From: Eledone cirrhosa | Taxonomy: Eukaryota | Assembly: GCA_964016885.1 (NCBI GenBank) | Contig: OZ024740.1 | Location: 14,818,001-14,882,000 of the forward strand | Direction: 5' to 3' | DNA length: 64,000 bases | Part shown: positions 1 to 13,900 of the stretch, piece by piece | Layout: every line of letters begins with the position of its first letter | Position numbering within the stretch: position 1 is the stretch's first letter | Translations under genes and position numbers: made by a program | The notes under the pieces: generated by a model | Told to the model about the DNA's origin: nothing | The model's input: the letters and a program-made list of their open reading frames with translations, nothing else | Database searches by the model: none

Positions 1-3000
1 AATATGGAAAGTCCTCGAATGAAAGAAATCAAAGCCAGGATATGGAAAGTCCTCAAATGAAAGGAATCAAAGCCAGAATATGGAAAGTCCTCAAATGAAA
101 GGAATCAAAGCCAGAATATGGAAAGTCCTCGAATAAAAGGAATCAAAGCCAGAATATGGAAAGTCCTCAATTGAAAGGAATCAAAGCCAGAATATGGAAA
201 GTCCTCAAATGAAAGGAATCAAAGCCAGAATATGCAAAGTCCTCAAATGAAAGGAATCAAAGCCAGAATATGGAAAGTCCTCGAATGAAGGGAACCAAAG
301 CCAGAATATGGAAAGTCCTCGAATGAAAGGAATCAAAGCCAGAATATGGAAAGTCCTCGAATGAAAGGAATCAAAGCCAGAATATGGAAAGTCCTCAAAT
401 GAAAGGAATCAAAGCCAGAATATGGAAAGTCCTCGAAGGAAAGGAATCAAAGCCAGAATATGGAAAGTCCTGGAATGAAAGGAATCAAAGCCAGAATATG
501 GAAAGTCCTCAAATGAAAGGAATCAAAGCCAGAATATGGAAAGTCCTCAAATGAAAGGAATCAAAGCCAGAATATGGAAAATCCCCGAATGAAAGGAACC
601 AAAGCCAGAATATGGAAAGTCCTCGAATGAAAGGAATCAAAGCCAGAATATGGAAAGTCCTCGAATGAAAGGAATCAAAGCCAGAATATGGAAAGTCCTC
701 CAATGAAAGGAATCAAAGCCAGAATATGGAAAGTCCTCAAATTAAAGGAATCAAAGCCAGAATATGGAAAGTCCTCGAATGAAAGGAATCCAAGCCAGAA
801 TATGGAAAGTCCTCGAATGAAAGGAATCAAAGCCAGAATATGGAAAGTCCTCAAATGAAAGGAATCAAAGCCAGAATATGGAAAGTCCTCGAATGAAAGG
901 AATCAAAGCCAGAATATGGAAAGTCCTCAAATGAAAGGAATCAAAGCCAGAATATGGAAAGTCCGCAAATGAAAGGAATCAAAGCCAGAATATGGAAAGT
1001 CCTCAAATGAAAGGAATCAAAGCCAGAATATGGAAAGTCCTCGAATGAAAGGAATCAAAGCCAGAATATGGAAAGTCCTCAAATAAAAGGAATCAAAGCC
1101 AGAATATGGAAAGTCCTCGAATGAAAGGAATCAAAGCCAGAATATGGAAAGTCCTCAAATGAAATGAATCAAAGCCAGAATATGGAAAGTCCTCAAATGA
1201 AAGGAATCAATGCCAGAATATGGAAAGTCCTCAAATGAGAGGAATCAAAGCCAGAATATGGAAAGTCCTCAAATGAAAGGAATCAAAGCCAGAATATGGA
1301 AAGTCCTCAAATGAGAGGAATCAAAGCCAGAATATGGAAAGTCCTCAATTGAAAGGAATCAAAGCCAGAATATGGAAAGTCCTCAAATGAAAGGAATCAA
1401 AGCCAGAATATGGAAAGTCCTCGAATGAAAGGAATCAAAGCCAGAATATGGAAAGTCCTCAAATGAAAGGAATCAAAGCCAGAATATGGAAAGTCCTCGA
1501 ATGAAAGGAATCAAAGCCAGAATATGGAAAATCCTCGAATGAAAGAAATCAAAGCCAGAATATGGAAAGTACTCAAATGAAAGGAATCAAAGCCAGAATA
1601 TGGAAAGTCCTCAAATGAAAGGAATCAAAGCCAGAATATGGAAAGTCCTCAAATGAAAGGAATCAAAGCCAGAATATGGAAAGTCCTCAAATGAAAGGAA
1701 TCAAAGCCAGAATATGGAAAGTCCTCGAATGAAAGGAATCAAAGCCAGAATATGGAAAGTCCTCGAATGAAAGGAATCAAAGCCAGAATATGGAAAGTCC
1801 TCGAATGAAAGGAATCAAAGCCAGAATATGGAAAGTCCTCGAATGAAAGGAATCAAAGCCAGAATATGGAAAGTCCTCGAATGAAAGGAATCAAAGCCAG
1901 AATATGGAAAGTCCTCGAATGAAAGGAATCAAAGCCAGAATATGGAAAGTCCTCGAATGAAAGGAATCAAGGCCAGAATATGGAAAGTCCTCGAAGGAAA
2001 GGAATCAAAGCCAGAATATGGAAAGTGCTGGAATGAAAGGAATCAAAGCCAGAATATGGAAAGTCCTCAAATGACAGGAAGCAAAGCCAGAATATGGAAA
2101 GTCCTGGAATGAAAGGAATCAAAGCCAGAATATGGAAAGTCCTCGAATGAAAGGAATCAAAGCCAGAATATGGAAAGTCCTCAAATGAAAGGAATCAAAC
2201 CCAGAATATGGAAAGTCCTCAAATGAAAGGAATCAAAGCCAGAATATGGAAAGTCCTCGAATGAAAGGAATCAAAGCCAGAATATGGAAAGTCCTCGAAT
2301 GAGAGGAATCTAAGCCAGAATATGGAAAGTCCTCGAATGAGAGGAATCAAAGCCAGAATATGGAAAGTCCTCGAATGAAAGGAATCAAACCCAGAATATG
2401 GAAAGTCCTCAAATGAAAGGAATCAAAGCCAGAATATGGAAAGTCCTGAAATGAAAGGAATCAAAGCCAGAATATGTAAAGTCCTCGAATGAAAGGAATC
2501 AAAGCCAGAATATGGAAAGTCCTCGAATGAAAGAAATCAAAGCCAGGATATGGAAAGTCCTCAAATGAAAGGAATCAAAGCCAGAATATGGAAAGTCCTC
2601 AAATGAAAGGAATCAAAGCCAGAATATGGAAAGTCCTCGAATAAAAGGAATCAAAGCCAGAATATGGAAAGTCCTCAATTGAAAGGAATCAAAGCCAGAA
2701 TATGGAAAGTCCTCAAATGAAAGGAATCAAAGCCAGAATATGCAAAGTCCTCAAATGAAAGGAATCAAAGCCAGAATATGGAAAGTCCTCGAATGAAGGG
2801 AACCAAAGCCAGAATATGGAAAGTCCTCGAATGAAAGGAATCAAAGCCAGAATATGGAAAGTCCTCGAATGAAAGGAATCAAAGCCAGAATATGGAAAGT
2901 CCTCAAATGAAAGGAATCAAAGCCAGAATATGGAAAGTCCTCGAAGGAAAGGAATCAAAGCCAGAATATGGAAAGTCCTGGAATGAAAGGAATCAAAGCC

Positions 3001-6000
3001 AGAATATGGAAAGTCCTCAAATGAAAGGAATCAAAGCCAGAATATGGAAAGTCCTCAAATGAAAGGAATCAAAGCCAGAATATGGAAAGTCCTCAAATGA
3101 AAGGAATCAAAGCCAGAATATGGAAAATCCCCGAATGAAAGGAACCAAAGCCAGAATATGGAAAGTCCTCAAATGAAAGGAATCAAAGCCAGAATATGGA
3201 AAGTCCTCAAATGAAAGGAATCAAAGCCAGAATATGGAAAGTCCTCAAATGAAAGGAATCAAAGCCAGAATATGGAAAGTCCTCAAATGAAAGGAATCAA
3301 AGCCAGAATATGGAAAGTCCTCAAATGAAAGGAATCAAAGCCAGAATATGGAAAGTCCTCAAATGAAAGGAATCAAAGCCAGAATATGGAAAGTCCTCGA
3401 ATAAAAGGAATCAAAGCCAGAATATGGAAAGTCCTCAATTGAAAGGAATCAAAGCCAGAATATGGAAAGTCCTCAAATGAAAGGAATCAAAGCCAGAATA
3501 TGGAAAGTCCTCGAATGAAAGGAATCAAAGCCAGAATATGGAAAGTCCTCAAATGAAAGGAATCAAAGCCAGAATATGGAAAGTCCTCAAATGAAAGGAA
3601 TCAAAGCCAGAATATGGAAAGTCCTCGAATGAAAAGAATCAAAGCCAGAATATGGAAAGTCCTCGAATGAAAGGAATCAAAGCCAGAATATGGAAAGTCC
3701 TCAAATGAAAGGAATCAAAGCCAGAATATGGAAAGTCCTCGAATGAAAGGAATCGAAGCCAGAATATGGAAAGTCCTCAAATGAAAGGAATCAAAGCCAG
3801 AATATGGAAAGTCCTCTAATAAAAGGAATCAAAGCCAGAATATGGAAAGTCCTCAATTGAAAGGAATCAAAGCCAGAATATGGAAAGTCCTCAAATGAAA
3901 GGAATCAAAGCCAGAATATGGAAAGTCCTCGAATGAAAGGAATCAAAGCCAGAATATGGAAAGTCCTCAAATGAAAGGAATCAAAGCCAGAATATGGAAA
4001 GTCCTCGAATGAAAGGAATCAAAGCCAGAATATGGAAAATCCTCGAATGAAAGAAATCAAAGCCAGAATATGGAAAGTACTCAAATGAAAGGAATCAAAG
4101 CCAGAATATGGAAAGTCCTCAAATGAAAGGAATCAAAGCCAGAATATGGAAAGTCCTCAAATGAAAGGAATCAAAGCCAGAATATGGAAAGTCCTCAAAT
4201 GAAAGGAATCAAAGCCAGAATATGGAAAGTCCTCGAATGAAAGGAATCAAAGCCAGAATATGGAAAGTCCTCGAATGAAAGGAATCAAAGCCAGAATATG
4301 GAAAGTCCTCGAATGAAAGGAATCAAAGCCAGAATATGGAAAGTCCTCGAATGAAAGGAATCAAAGCCAGAATATGGAAAGTCCTCGAATGAAAGGAATC
4401 AAAGCCAGAATATGGAAAGTCCTCAAATGAAAGGAATCAAGGCCAGAATATGGAAAGTCCTCGAAGGAAAGGAATCAAAGCCAGAATATGGAAAGTGCTG
4501 GAATGAAAGGAATCAAAGCCAGAATATGGAAAGTCCTCAAATGACAGGAAGCAAAGCCAGAATATGGAAAGTCCTGGAATGAAAGGAATCAAAGCCAGAA
4601 TATGGAAAGTCCTCAAATGAAAGGAATCAAAGCCAGAATATGGAAAGTCCTCAAATGAAAGGAATCAAAGCCAGAATATGGAAAGTCCTCGAATGAAAGG
4701 AATCAAAGCCAGAATATGGAAAGTCCTCGAATGAGAGGAATCTAAGCCAGAATATGGAAAGTCCTCGAATGAGAGGAATCAAAGCCAGAATATGGAAAGT
4801 CCTCGAATGAAAGGAATCAAACCCAGAATATGGAAAGTCCTCAAATGAAAGGAATCAAAGCCAGAATATGGAAAGTCCTGAAATGAAAGGAATCAAAGCC
4901 AGAATATGTAAAGTCCTCGAATGAAAGGAATCAAAGCCAGAATATGGAAAGTCCTCGAATGAAAGAAATCAAAGCCAGGATATGGAAAGTCCTCAAATGA
5001 AAGGAATCAAAGCCAGAATATGGAAAGTCCTCAAATGAAAGGAATCAAAGCCAGAATATGGAAAGTCCTCGAATAAAAGGAATCAAAGCCAGAATATGGA
5101 AAGTCCTCAATTGAAAGGAATCAAAGCCAGAATATGGAAAGTCCTCAAATGAAAGGAATCAAAGCCAGAATATGCAAAGTCCTCAAATGAAAGGAATCAA
5201 AGCCAGAATATGGAAAGTCCTCGAATGAAGGGAACCAAAGCCAGAATATGGAAAGTCCTCGAATGAAAGGAATCAAAGCCAGAATATGGAAATTCCTCGA
5301 ATGAAAGGAATCAAAGCCAGAATATGGAAAGTCCTCAAATGAAAGGAATCAAAGCCAGAATATGGAAAGTCCTCGAAGGAAAGGAATCAAAGCCAGAATA
5401 TGGAAAGTCCTGGAATGAAAGGAATCAAAGCCAGAATATGGAAAGTCCTCAAATGAAAGGAATCAAAGCCAGAATATGGAAAGTCCTCAAATGAAAGGAA
5501 TCAAAGCCAGAATATGGAAAGTCCTCAAATGAAAGGAATCAAAGCCAGAATATGGAAAATCCCCGAATGAAAGGAACCAAAGCCAGAATATGGAAAGTCC
5601 TCGAATGAAAGGAATCAAAGCCAGAATATGGAAAGTCCTCGAATGAAAGGAATCAAAGCCAGAATATGGAAAGTCCTCCAATGAAAGGAATCAAAGCCAG
5701 AATATGGAAAGTCCTCAAATTAAAGGAATCAAAGCCAGAATATGGAAAGTCCTCGAATGAAAGGAATCCAAGCCAGAATATGGAAAGTCCTCGAATGAAA
5801 GGAATCAAAGCCAGAATATGGAAAGTCCTCAAATGAAAGGAATCAAAGCCAGAATATGGAAAGTCCTCGAATGAAAGGAATCAAAGCCAGAATATGGAAA
5901 GTCCTCAAATGAAAGGAATCAAAGCCAGAATATGGAAAGTCCGCAAATGAAAGGAATCAAAGCCAGAATATGGAAAGTCCTCAAATGAAAGGAATCAAAG

Positions 6001-6330
6001 CCAGAATATGGAAAGTCCTCGAATGAAAGGAATCAAAGCCAGAATATGGAAATTCCTCAAATAAAAGGAATCAAAGCCAGAATATGGAAAGTCCTCGAAT
6101 GAAAGGAATCAAAGCCAGAATATGGAAAGTCCTCAAATGAAATGAATCAAAGCCAGAATATGGAAAGTCCTCAAATGAAAGGAATCAATGCCAGAATATG
6201 GAAAGTCCTCAAATGAGAGGAATCAAAGCCAGAATATGGAAAGTCCTCAAATGAAAGGAATCAAAGCCAGAATATGGAAAGTCCTCAAATGAGAGGAATC
6301 AAAGCCAGAATATGGAAAGTCCTCAAATGA
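1..6330 (+). repeat. Higher-order duplication, about 2.4-2.5 kb period (64-66 monomers)
   Basis: The marker monomer GAAAGAAATCAAAGCCAGGATATGG starts at 1, 2509 and 4941 (offsets 2508 and 2432). The marker series GGAAAATCC, GTACTC, AAGGCC, GTGCTGG, GACAGGAAGC, TCTAAG, CCTGAA, TGTAAA at about 1531-2480 repeats at about 4039-4910. Segment 1-1340 recurs at about 4941-6330. A further partial copy lies at about 7650-9600. Confidence 0.9.
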
Positions 6331-9300
6331 AAGGAATCAAAGCCAGAATATGGAAAGTCCTCAAATGAAAGGAATCAAAGCCAGAATATGGAAAGTCCTC
6401 AAATGAAAGGAATCAAAGCCAGAATATGGAAAGTCCTCGAATGAAAGGAATCAAAGCCAGAATATGGAAAGTCCTCGAATGAAAGGAATCAAAGCCAGAA
6501 TATGGAAAGTCCTCAAATGAAAGGAATCAAAGCCAGAATATGGAAAGTCCTCGAATGAAAGGAATCAAAGCCAGAATATGGAAAGTCCTCAAATGAAAGG
6601 AATCAAAGCCAGAATATGGAAAGTCCTCAAATGAAAGGAATCAAAGCCAGAATATGGAAAGTCCTCAAATGAAAGGAATCAAAGCCAGAATATGGAAAGT
6701 CCTCAAATGAAAGGAATCAAAGCCAGAATATGGAAAGTCCTCAAATAGGAGGAATCAAAGCCAGAATATGGAAAGTCCTCCAATGAAAGGAATCAAAGCC
6801 AGAATATGGAAAGTCCTCAAATGAAAGGAATCAAAGCCAGAATATGTAAAGTCCTCCAATGAGAGGAATCAAGCCAGAATATGGAAAGTCCTCAAATGAA
6901 AGGAATCAAAGCCAGAATATGGAAAGTCCTCAAATGAAAGGAATCAAAGCTAGAATATGGAAAGTCCTCAAATGAGAGGAATCAAAGCCAAAATATGGAA
7001 AGTCCTCAAATGAAAGGAATCAAAGCCAGAATATGGAAAGTCCTCAAATGAGAGGAATCAAAGCCAGAATATGGAAAGTCCTCAAATGAAAGGAATCAAA
7101 GCCAGAATATGGAAAGTCCTCGAATGAAAGGAATCAAAGCCAGAATATGGAAAGTCCTCGAATGAAAGGAATCCAAGCCATAATATGGAAAGTCCTCAAA
7201 TGAGAAGAATCAAAGCCAGAATATGGAAAGTCCTCAAATGAAAGGAATCAAAGCCAGAATATGGAAAGTCCTCAAATGAGAGGAATCAAAGCCAGAATAT
7301 GGAAAGTCCTCAAATGAAAGGAATCAAAGCCTGAATATGGAAAGTCCTCAAATGAAAGGAATCAAAGCCAGAATATGGAAAGTCCTCAAATGAAAGGAAT
7401 CAAAGCTAGAATATGGAAAGTCCTCAAATGAAAGGAATCAAAGCCAGAATATGTAAAGTCCTCAAATGAGAGGAATCAAAGCCAGAATATGGAAAGTCCT
7501 CAAATGAAAGGAATCAAAGCCAGAATATGGAAAGTCCTCAAATGAGAGGAATCAAAGCCAGAATATGGAAAGTCCTCAAATGAAAGGAATCAAAGCCAGA
7601 ATATGGAAAGTCCTCAAATGAAAGGAATCAAAGCCAGAATATGGAAAGTCCTCGAAGGAAAGGAATCAAAGCCAGAATATGGAAAGTGCTGGAATGAAAG
7701 GAATCAAAGCCAGAATATGGAAAGTCCTCAAATGACAGGAATCAAAGCCAGAATATGGAAAGTCCTGGAATGAAAGGAATCAAAGCCAGAATATGGAAAG
7801 TCCTCGAATGAAAGGAATCAAAGCCAGAATATGGAAAGTCCTCAAATGAAAGGAATCAAAGCCAGAATATGGAAAGTCCTCAAATGAAAGGAATCAAAGC
7901 CAGAATATGGAATGTCCTCGAATGAAAGGAATCAAAGCCAGAATATGGAAAGTCCTCGAATGAGAGGAATCTAAGCCAGAATATGGAAAGTCCTCGAATG
8001 AGAGGAATCAAAGCCAGAATATGGAAAGTCCTCGAATGAAAGGAATCAAACCCAGAATATGGAAAGTCCTCAAATGAAAGGAATCAAAGCCAGAATATGG
8101 AAAGTCCTCAAATGAAAGGAATCAAAGCCAGAATATGTAAAGTCCTCGAATGAAAGGAATCAAAGCCAGAATATGGAAAGTCCTCGAATGAAAGAAATCA
8201 AAGCCAGGATATGGAAAGTCCTCAAATGAAAGGAATCAAAGCCAGAATATGGAAAGTCCTCAAATGAAAGGAATCAAAGCCAGAATATGGAAAGTCCTCG
8301 AATAAAAGGAATCAAAGCCAGAATATGGAAAGTCCTCGAATGAAAGGAATCAAAGCCAGAATATGGAAAGTCCTCAAATGAAAGGAATCAAAGCCAGAAT
8401 ATGGAAAGTCCTCGAAGGAAAGGAATCAAAGCCAGAATATGGAAAGTCCTGGAATGAAAGGAATCAAAGCCAGAATATGGAAAGTCCTCAAATGAAAGGA
8501 ATCAAAGCCAGAATATGGAAAGTCCTCAAATGAAAGGAATCAAAGCCAGAATATGGAAAGTCCTCAAATGAAAGGAATCAAAGCCAGAATATGGAAAATC
8601 CCCGAATGAAAGGAACCAAAGCCAGAATATGGAAAGTCCTCGAATGAAAGGAATCAAAGCCAGAATATGGAAAGTCCTCGAATGAAAGGAATCAAAGCCA
8701 GAATATGGAAAGTCCTCCAATGAAAGGAATCAAAGCCAGAATATGGAAAGTCCTCAAATGAAAGGAATCAAAGCCAGAATATGGAAAGTCCTCGAATGAA
8801 AGGAATCCAAGCCAGAATATGGAAAGTCCTCGAATGAAAGGAATCAAAGCCAGAATATGGAAAGTCCTCAAATGAAAGGAATCAAAGCCAGAATATGGAA
8901 AGTCCTCAAATGAAAGGAATCAAAGCCAGAATATGGAAAGTCCTCAAATGAAAGGAATCAAAGCCAGAATATGGAAAGTCCGCAAATGAAAGGAATCAAA
9001 GCCAGAATATGGAAAGTCCTCAAATGAAAGGAATCAAAGCCAGAATATGGAAAGTCCTCGAATGAAAGGAATCAAAGCCAGAATATGGAAAGTCCTCAAA
9101 TAAAAGGAATCAAAGCCAGAATATGGAAAGTCCTCGAATGAAAGGAATCAAAGCCAGAATATGGAAAGTCCTCAAATGAAATGAATCAAAGCCAGAATAT
9201 GGAAAGTCCTCAAATGAAAGGAATCAATGCCAGAATATGGAAAGTCCTCAAATGAGAGGAATCAAAGCCAGAATATGGAAAGTCCTCAAATGAAAGGAAT

Positions 9301-10999
9301 CAAAGCCAGAATATGGAAAGTCCTCAAATGAGAGGAATCAAAGCCAGAATACGGAAAGTCCTCAAATGAAAGGAATCAAAGCCAGAATATGGAAAGTCCT
9401 CAAATGAAAGGAATCAAAGCCAGAATATGGAAAGTCCTCAAATGAAAGGAATCAAAGCCAGAATATGGAAAGTCCTCGAATGAAAGGAATCAAAGCCAGA
9501 ATATGGAAAGTCCTCGAATGAAAGGAATCAAAGCCAGAATATGGAAAGTCCTCAAATGAAAGGAATCAAAGCCAGAATATGGAAAGTCCTCGAATGAAAG
9601 GAATCAAAGCCAGAATATGGAAAGTCCTCAAATGAAAGGAATCAAAGCCAGAATATGGAAAGTCCTCAAATGAGAGGAATCAAAGCCAGAATATGGAAAG
9701 TCCTCGAATGAAAGGAATCAAAGCCAGAATATGGAAAGTCCTCCAATGAAAGGAATCAAAGCCAGAATATGGAAAGTCCTCAAATGAAAGGAATCAAAGC
9801 CAGAATATGTAAAGTCCTCCAATGAGAGGAATCAAGCCAGAATATGGAAAGTCCTCAAATGAAAGGAATCAAAGCCAGAATATGGAAAGTCCTCAAATGA
9901 AAGGAATCAAAGCTAGAATATGGAAAGTCCTCAAATGAGAGGAATCAAAGCCAGAATATGGAAAGTCCTCAAATGAAAGGAATCAAAGCCAGAATATGGA
10001 AAGTCCTCAAATGAGAGGAATCAAAGCCAGAATATGGAAAGTCCTCAAATGAAAGGAATCAAAGCCAGAATATGGAAAGTCCTCGAATGAAAGGAATCAA
10101 AGCCAGAATATGGAAAGTCCTCGAATGAAAGGAATCCAAGCCATAATATGGAAAGTCCTCAAATGAGAAGAATCAAAGCCAGAATATGGAAAGTCCTCAA
10201 ATGAAAGGAATCAAAGCCAGAATATGGAAAGTCCTCAAATGAGAGGAATCAAAGCCAGAATATGGAAAGTCCTCAAATGAAAGGAATCAAAGCCTGAATA
10301 TGGAAAGTCCTCAAATGAAAGGAATCAAAGCCAGAATATGGAAAGTCCTCAAATGAAAGGAATCAAAGCCAGAATATGGAAAGTCCTCAAATGAAAGGAA
10401 TCAAAGCCAGAATATGTAAAGTCCTCAAATGAGAGGAATCAAAGCCAGAATATGGAAAGTCCTCAAATGAAAGGAATCAAAGCCAGAATATGGAAAGTCC
10501 TCAAATGAGAGGAATCAAAGCCAGAATATGGAAAGTCCTCAAATGAAAGGAATCAAAGCCAGAATATGGAAAGTCCTCGAATGAAAGGAATCAAAGCCAG
10601 AATATGGAAAGTCCTCGAATGAAAGGAATCATAGCCATAATATGGAAAGTCCTCAAATGAGAGGAATCAAAGCCAGAATATGGAAAGTCCTCAAATGAAA
10701 GGAATCAAAGCCAGAATATGGAAAGTCCTCGAATGAAAGGAATCAAAGCCAGAATATGGAAAGTCCTCGAATGAAAGGAATCAAAGCCAGAATATGGAAA
10801 GTCCTCAAATGAAAGGAATCAAAGCCAGAATATGAAAAGTCCTCGAATGAAAGGAATCAAAGCCAGAATATGGAAAGTCCTCAAATGAAAGGAATCAAAG
10901 CCAGAATATGGAAAGTCCGCAAATGAAAGGAATCAAAGCCAGAATATGGAAAGTCCTCAAATGAAAGGAATCAAAGCCAGAATATGGAAAGTCCTCTAA

Positions 11000-13900
11000 T
11001 GAAAGGAATCAAAGCCAGAATATGGAAAGTCCTCGAATGAAAGGAATCAAAGCCAGAATATGGAAAGTCCTCAAATGAAAGGAATCAAAGCCAGAATATG
11101 GAAAGTCCTCAAATGAAAGGAATCAAAGCCAGAATATGGAAAGTCCTCAAATGAAAGGAATCAAAGCCAGAATATGGAAAGTCCTCAAATGAAAGGAATC
11201 AAAGCCAGAATATGGAAAGTCCTCAAATGAGAGGAATCAAAGCCAGAATATGGAAAGTCCTCGAATGAAAGGAATCAAAGACAGAATATGGAAAGTCCTC
11301 AAATGAAAGGAATCAAAGCCAGAATATGGAAAGTCCTCAAATGAAAGGAATCAAAGCCAGAATATGGAAAGTCCTCAAATGAGAGGAATCAAGCCAGAAT
11401 ATGGAAAGTCCTCAAATGAAAGGAATCCAAGCCAGAATATGGAAAGTCCTCAAATGAAAGGAATGAAAGCCAGAATATGGAAAGTCCTCAAATGAGAGGA
11501 ATCAAAGCCAGAATATGGAAAGTCCTCAAATGAAAGGAATCAAAGCCAGAATATGGAAAGTCCTCAAATGAGAGGAATCAAAGCCAGAATATGGAAAGTC
11601 CTCAAATGAAAGGAATCAAAGCCAGAATATGGAAAGTCCTCGAATGAAAGGAATCAAAGCCAGAATATGGAAAGTCCTCGAATGAAAGGAATCCAAGCCA
11701 TAATATGGAAAGTCCTCAAATGAGAGGAATCAAAGCCAGAATATGGAAAGTCCTCAAATGAAAGGAATCAAAGCCAGAATATGGAAAGTCCTCAAATGAG
11801 AGGAATCAAAGCCAGAATATGGAAAGTCCTCAAATGAAAGGAATCAAAGCCAGAATATGGAAAGTCCTCAAATGAAAGGAATCAAAGCCAGAATATGGAA
11901 AGTCCTCAAATGAAAGGAATCAAAGCCAGAATATGGAAAGTCCTCAAATGAAAGGAATCAAAGCCAGAATATGGAAAGTCCTCAAATGAGAGGAATCAAA
12001 GCCAGAATATGGAAAGTCCTCGAATGAAAGGAATCAAAGCCAGAATATGGAAAGTCCTCCAATGAAAGGAATCAAAGCCAGAATATGGAAAGTCCTCAAA
12101 TGAAAGGAATCAAAGCCAGAATATGTAAAGTCCTCCAATGAGAGGAATCAAGCCAGAATATGGAAAGTCCTCAAATGAAAGGAATCAAAGCCAGAATATG
12201 GAAAGTCCTCAAATGAAAGGAATCAAAGCTAGAATATGGAAAGTCCTCAAATGAGAGGAATCAAAGCCAGAATATGGAAAGTCCTCAAATGAAAGGAATC
12301 AAAGCCAGAATATGGAAAGTCCTCAAATGAGAGGAATCAAAGCCAGAATATGGAAAGTCCTCAAATGAAAGGAATCAAAGCCAGAATATGGAAAGTCCTC
12401 AAATAAAAGGAATCAAAGCCAGAATATGGAAAGTCCTCGAATGAAAGGAATCCAAGCCATAATATGGAAAGTCCTCAAATGAGAAGAATCAAAGCCAGAA
12501 TATGGAAAGTCCTCAAATGAAAGGAATCAAAGCCAGAATATGGAAAGTCCTCAAATGAGAGGAATCAAAGCCAGAATATGGAAAGTCCTCAAATGAAAGG
12601 AATCAAAGCCTGAATATGGAAAGTCCTCAAATGAAAGGAATCAAAGCCAGAATATGGAAAGTCCTCAAATGAAAGGAATCAAAGCCAGAATATGGAAAGT
12701 CCTCAAATGAAAGGAATCAAAGCCAGAATATGTAAAGTCCTCAAATGAGAGGAATCAAAGCCAGAATATGGAAAGTCCTCAAATGAAAGGAATCAAAGCC
12801 AGAATATGGAAAGTCCTCAAATGAGAGGAATCAAAGCCAGAATATGGAAAGTCCTCAAATGAAAGGAATCAAAGCCAGAATATGGAAAGTCCTCGAATGA
12901 AAGGAATCAAAGCCAGAATATGGAAAGTCCTCGAATGAAAGGAATCATAGCCATAATATGGAAAGTCCTCAAATGAGAGGAATCAAAGCCAGAATATGGA
13001 AAGTCCTCAAATGAAAGGAATCAAAGCCAGAATATGGAAAGTCCTCGAATGAAAGGAATCAAAGCCAGAATATGGAAAGTCCTCGAATGAAAGGAATCAA
13101 AGCCAGAATATGGAAAGTCCTCAAATGAAAGGAATCAAAGCCAGAATATGGAAAGTCCTCAAATGAGAGGAATCAAAGCCAGAATATGGAAAGTCCTCAA
13201 ATGAAAGGAATCAAAGCCTGAATATGGAAAGTCCTCAAATGAAAGGAATCAAAGCCAGAATATGGAAAGTCCTCAAATGAAAGGAATCAAAGCCAGAATA
13301 TGGAAAGTCCTAAAATGAGAGGAATCAAAGCCAGAATATGTAAAGTCCTCAAATGAGAGGAATCAAAGCCAGAATATGGAAAGTCCTTAAATGAAAGGAA
13401 TCAAAGCCAGAATATGGAAAGTCCTCAAATGAGAGGAATCAAAGCCAGAATATGGAAAGTCCTCAAATGAAAGGAATCAAAGCCAGAATATGGAAAGTCC
13501 TCGAATGAAAGGAATCAAAGCCAGAATATGGAAAGTCCTCGAATGAAAGGAATCATAGCCATAATATGGAAAGTCCTCAAATGAGAGGAATCAAAGCCAG
13601 AATATGGAAAGTCCTCAAATGAAAGGAATCAAAGCCAGAATATGGAAAGTCCTCGAATGAAAGGAATCAAAGCCAGAATATGGAAAGTCCTCGAATGAAA
13701 GGAATCAAAGCCAGAATATGGAAAGTCCTCAAATGAAAGGAATCAAAGCCAGAATATGAAAAGTCCATTAATGAAAGGAATCATAGCCAGAATATGGAAA
13801 GTCCTCAAATGAAAGGAATCAAAGCCAGAATATGGAAAGTCCGCAAATGAAAGGAATCAAAGCCAGAATATGGAAAGTCCTCAAATGAAAGGAATCAAAG

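Noticed and set aside
1-38. 19-bp half-monomer structure (GGAA at positions 6-9 and 25-28)
   Set aside because: The halves match at only 7/19 in A-rich sequence; the 14+14+10 decomposition fits better.
509-703. 64-aa minus-strand ORF MEDFPYSGFDSFH..., with identical copies at 5487-5681 and 8526-8720
   Set aside because: It is a translation of about 5 satellite monomers. It starts at TTG and is open only because chance variants remove TGA stops. The three copies are identical because they lie in duplicated blocks (offsets 4978 = 131x38 and 3039 = 80x38-1).
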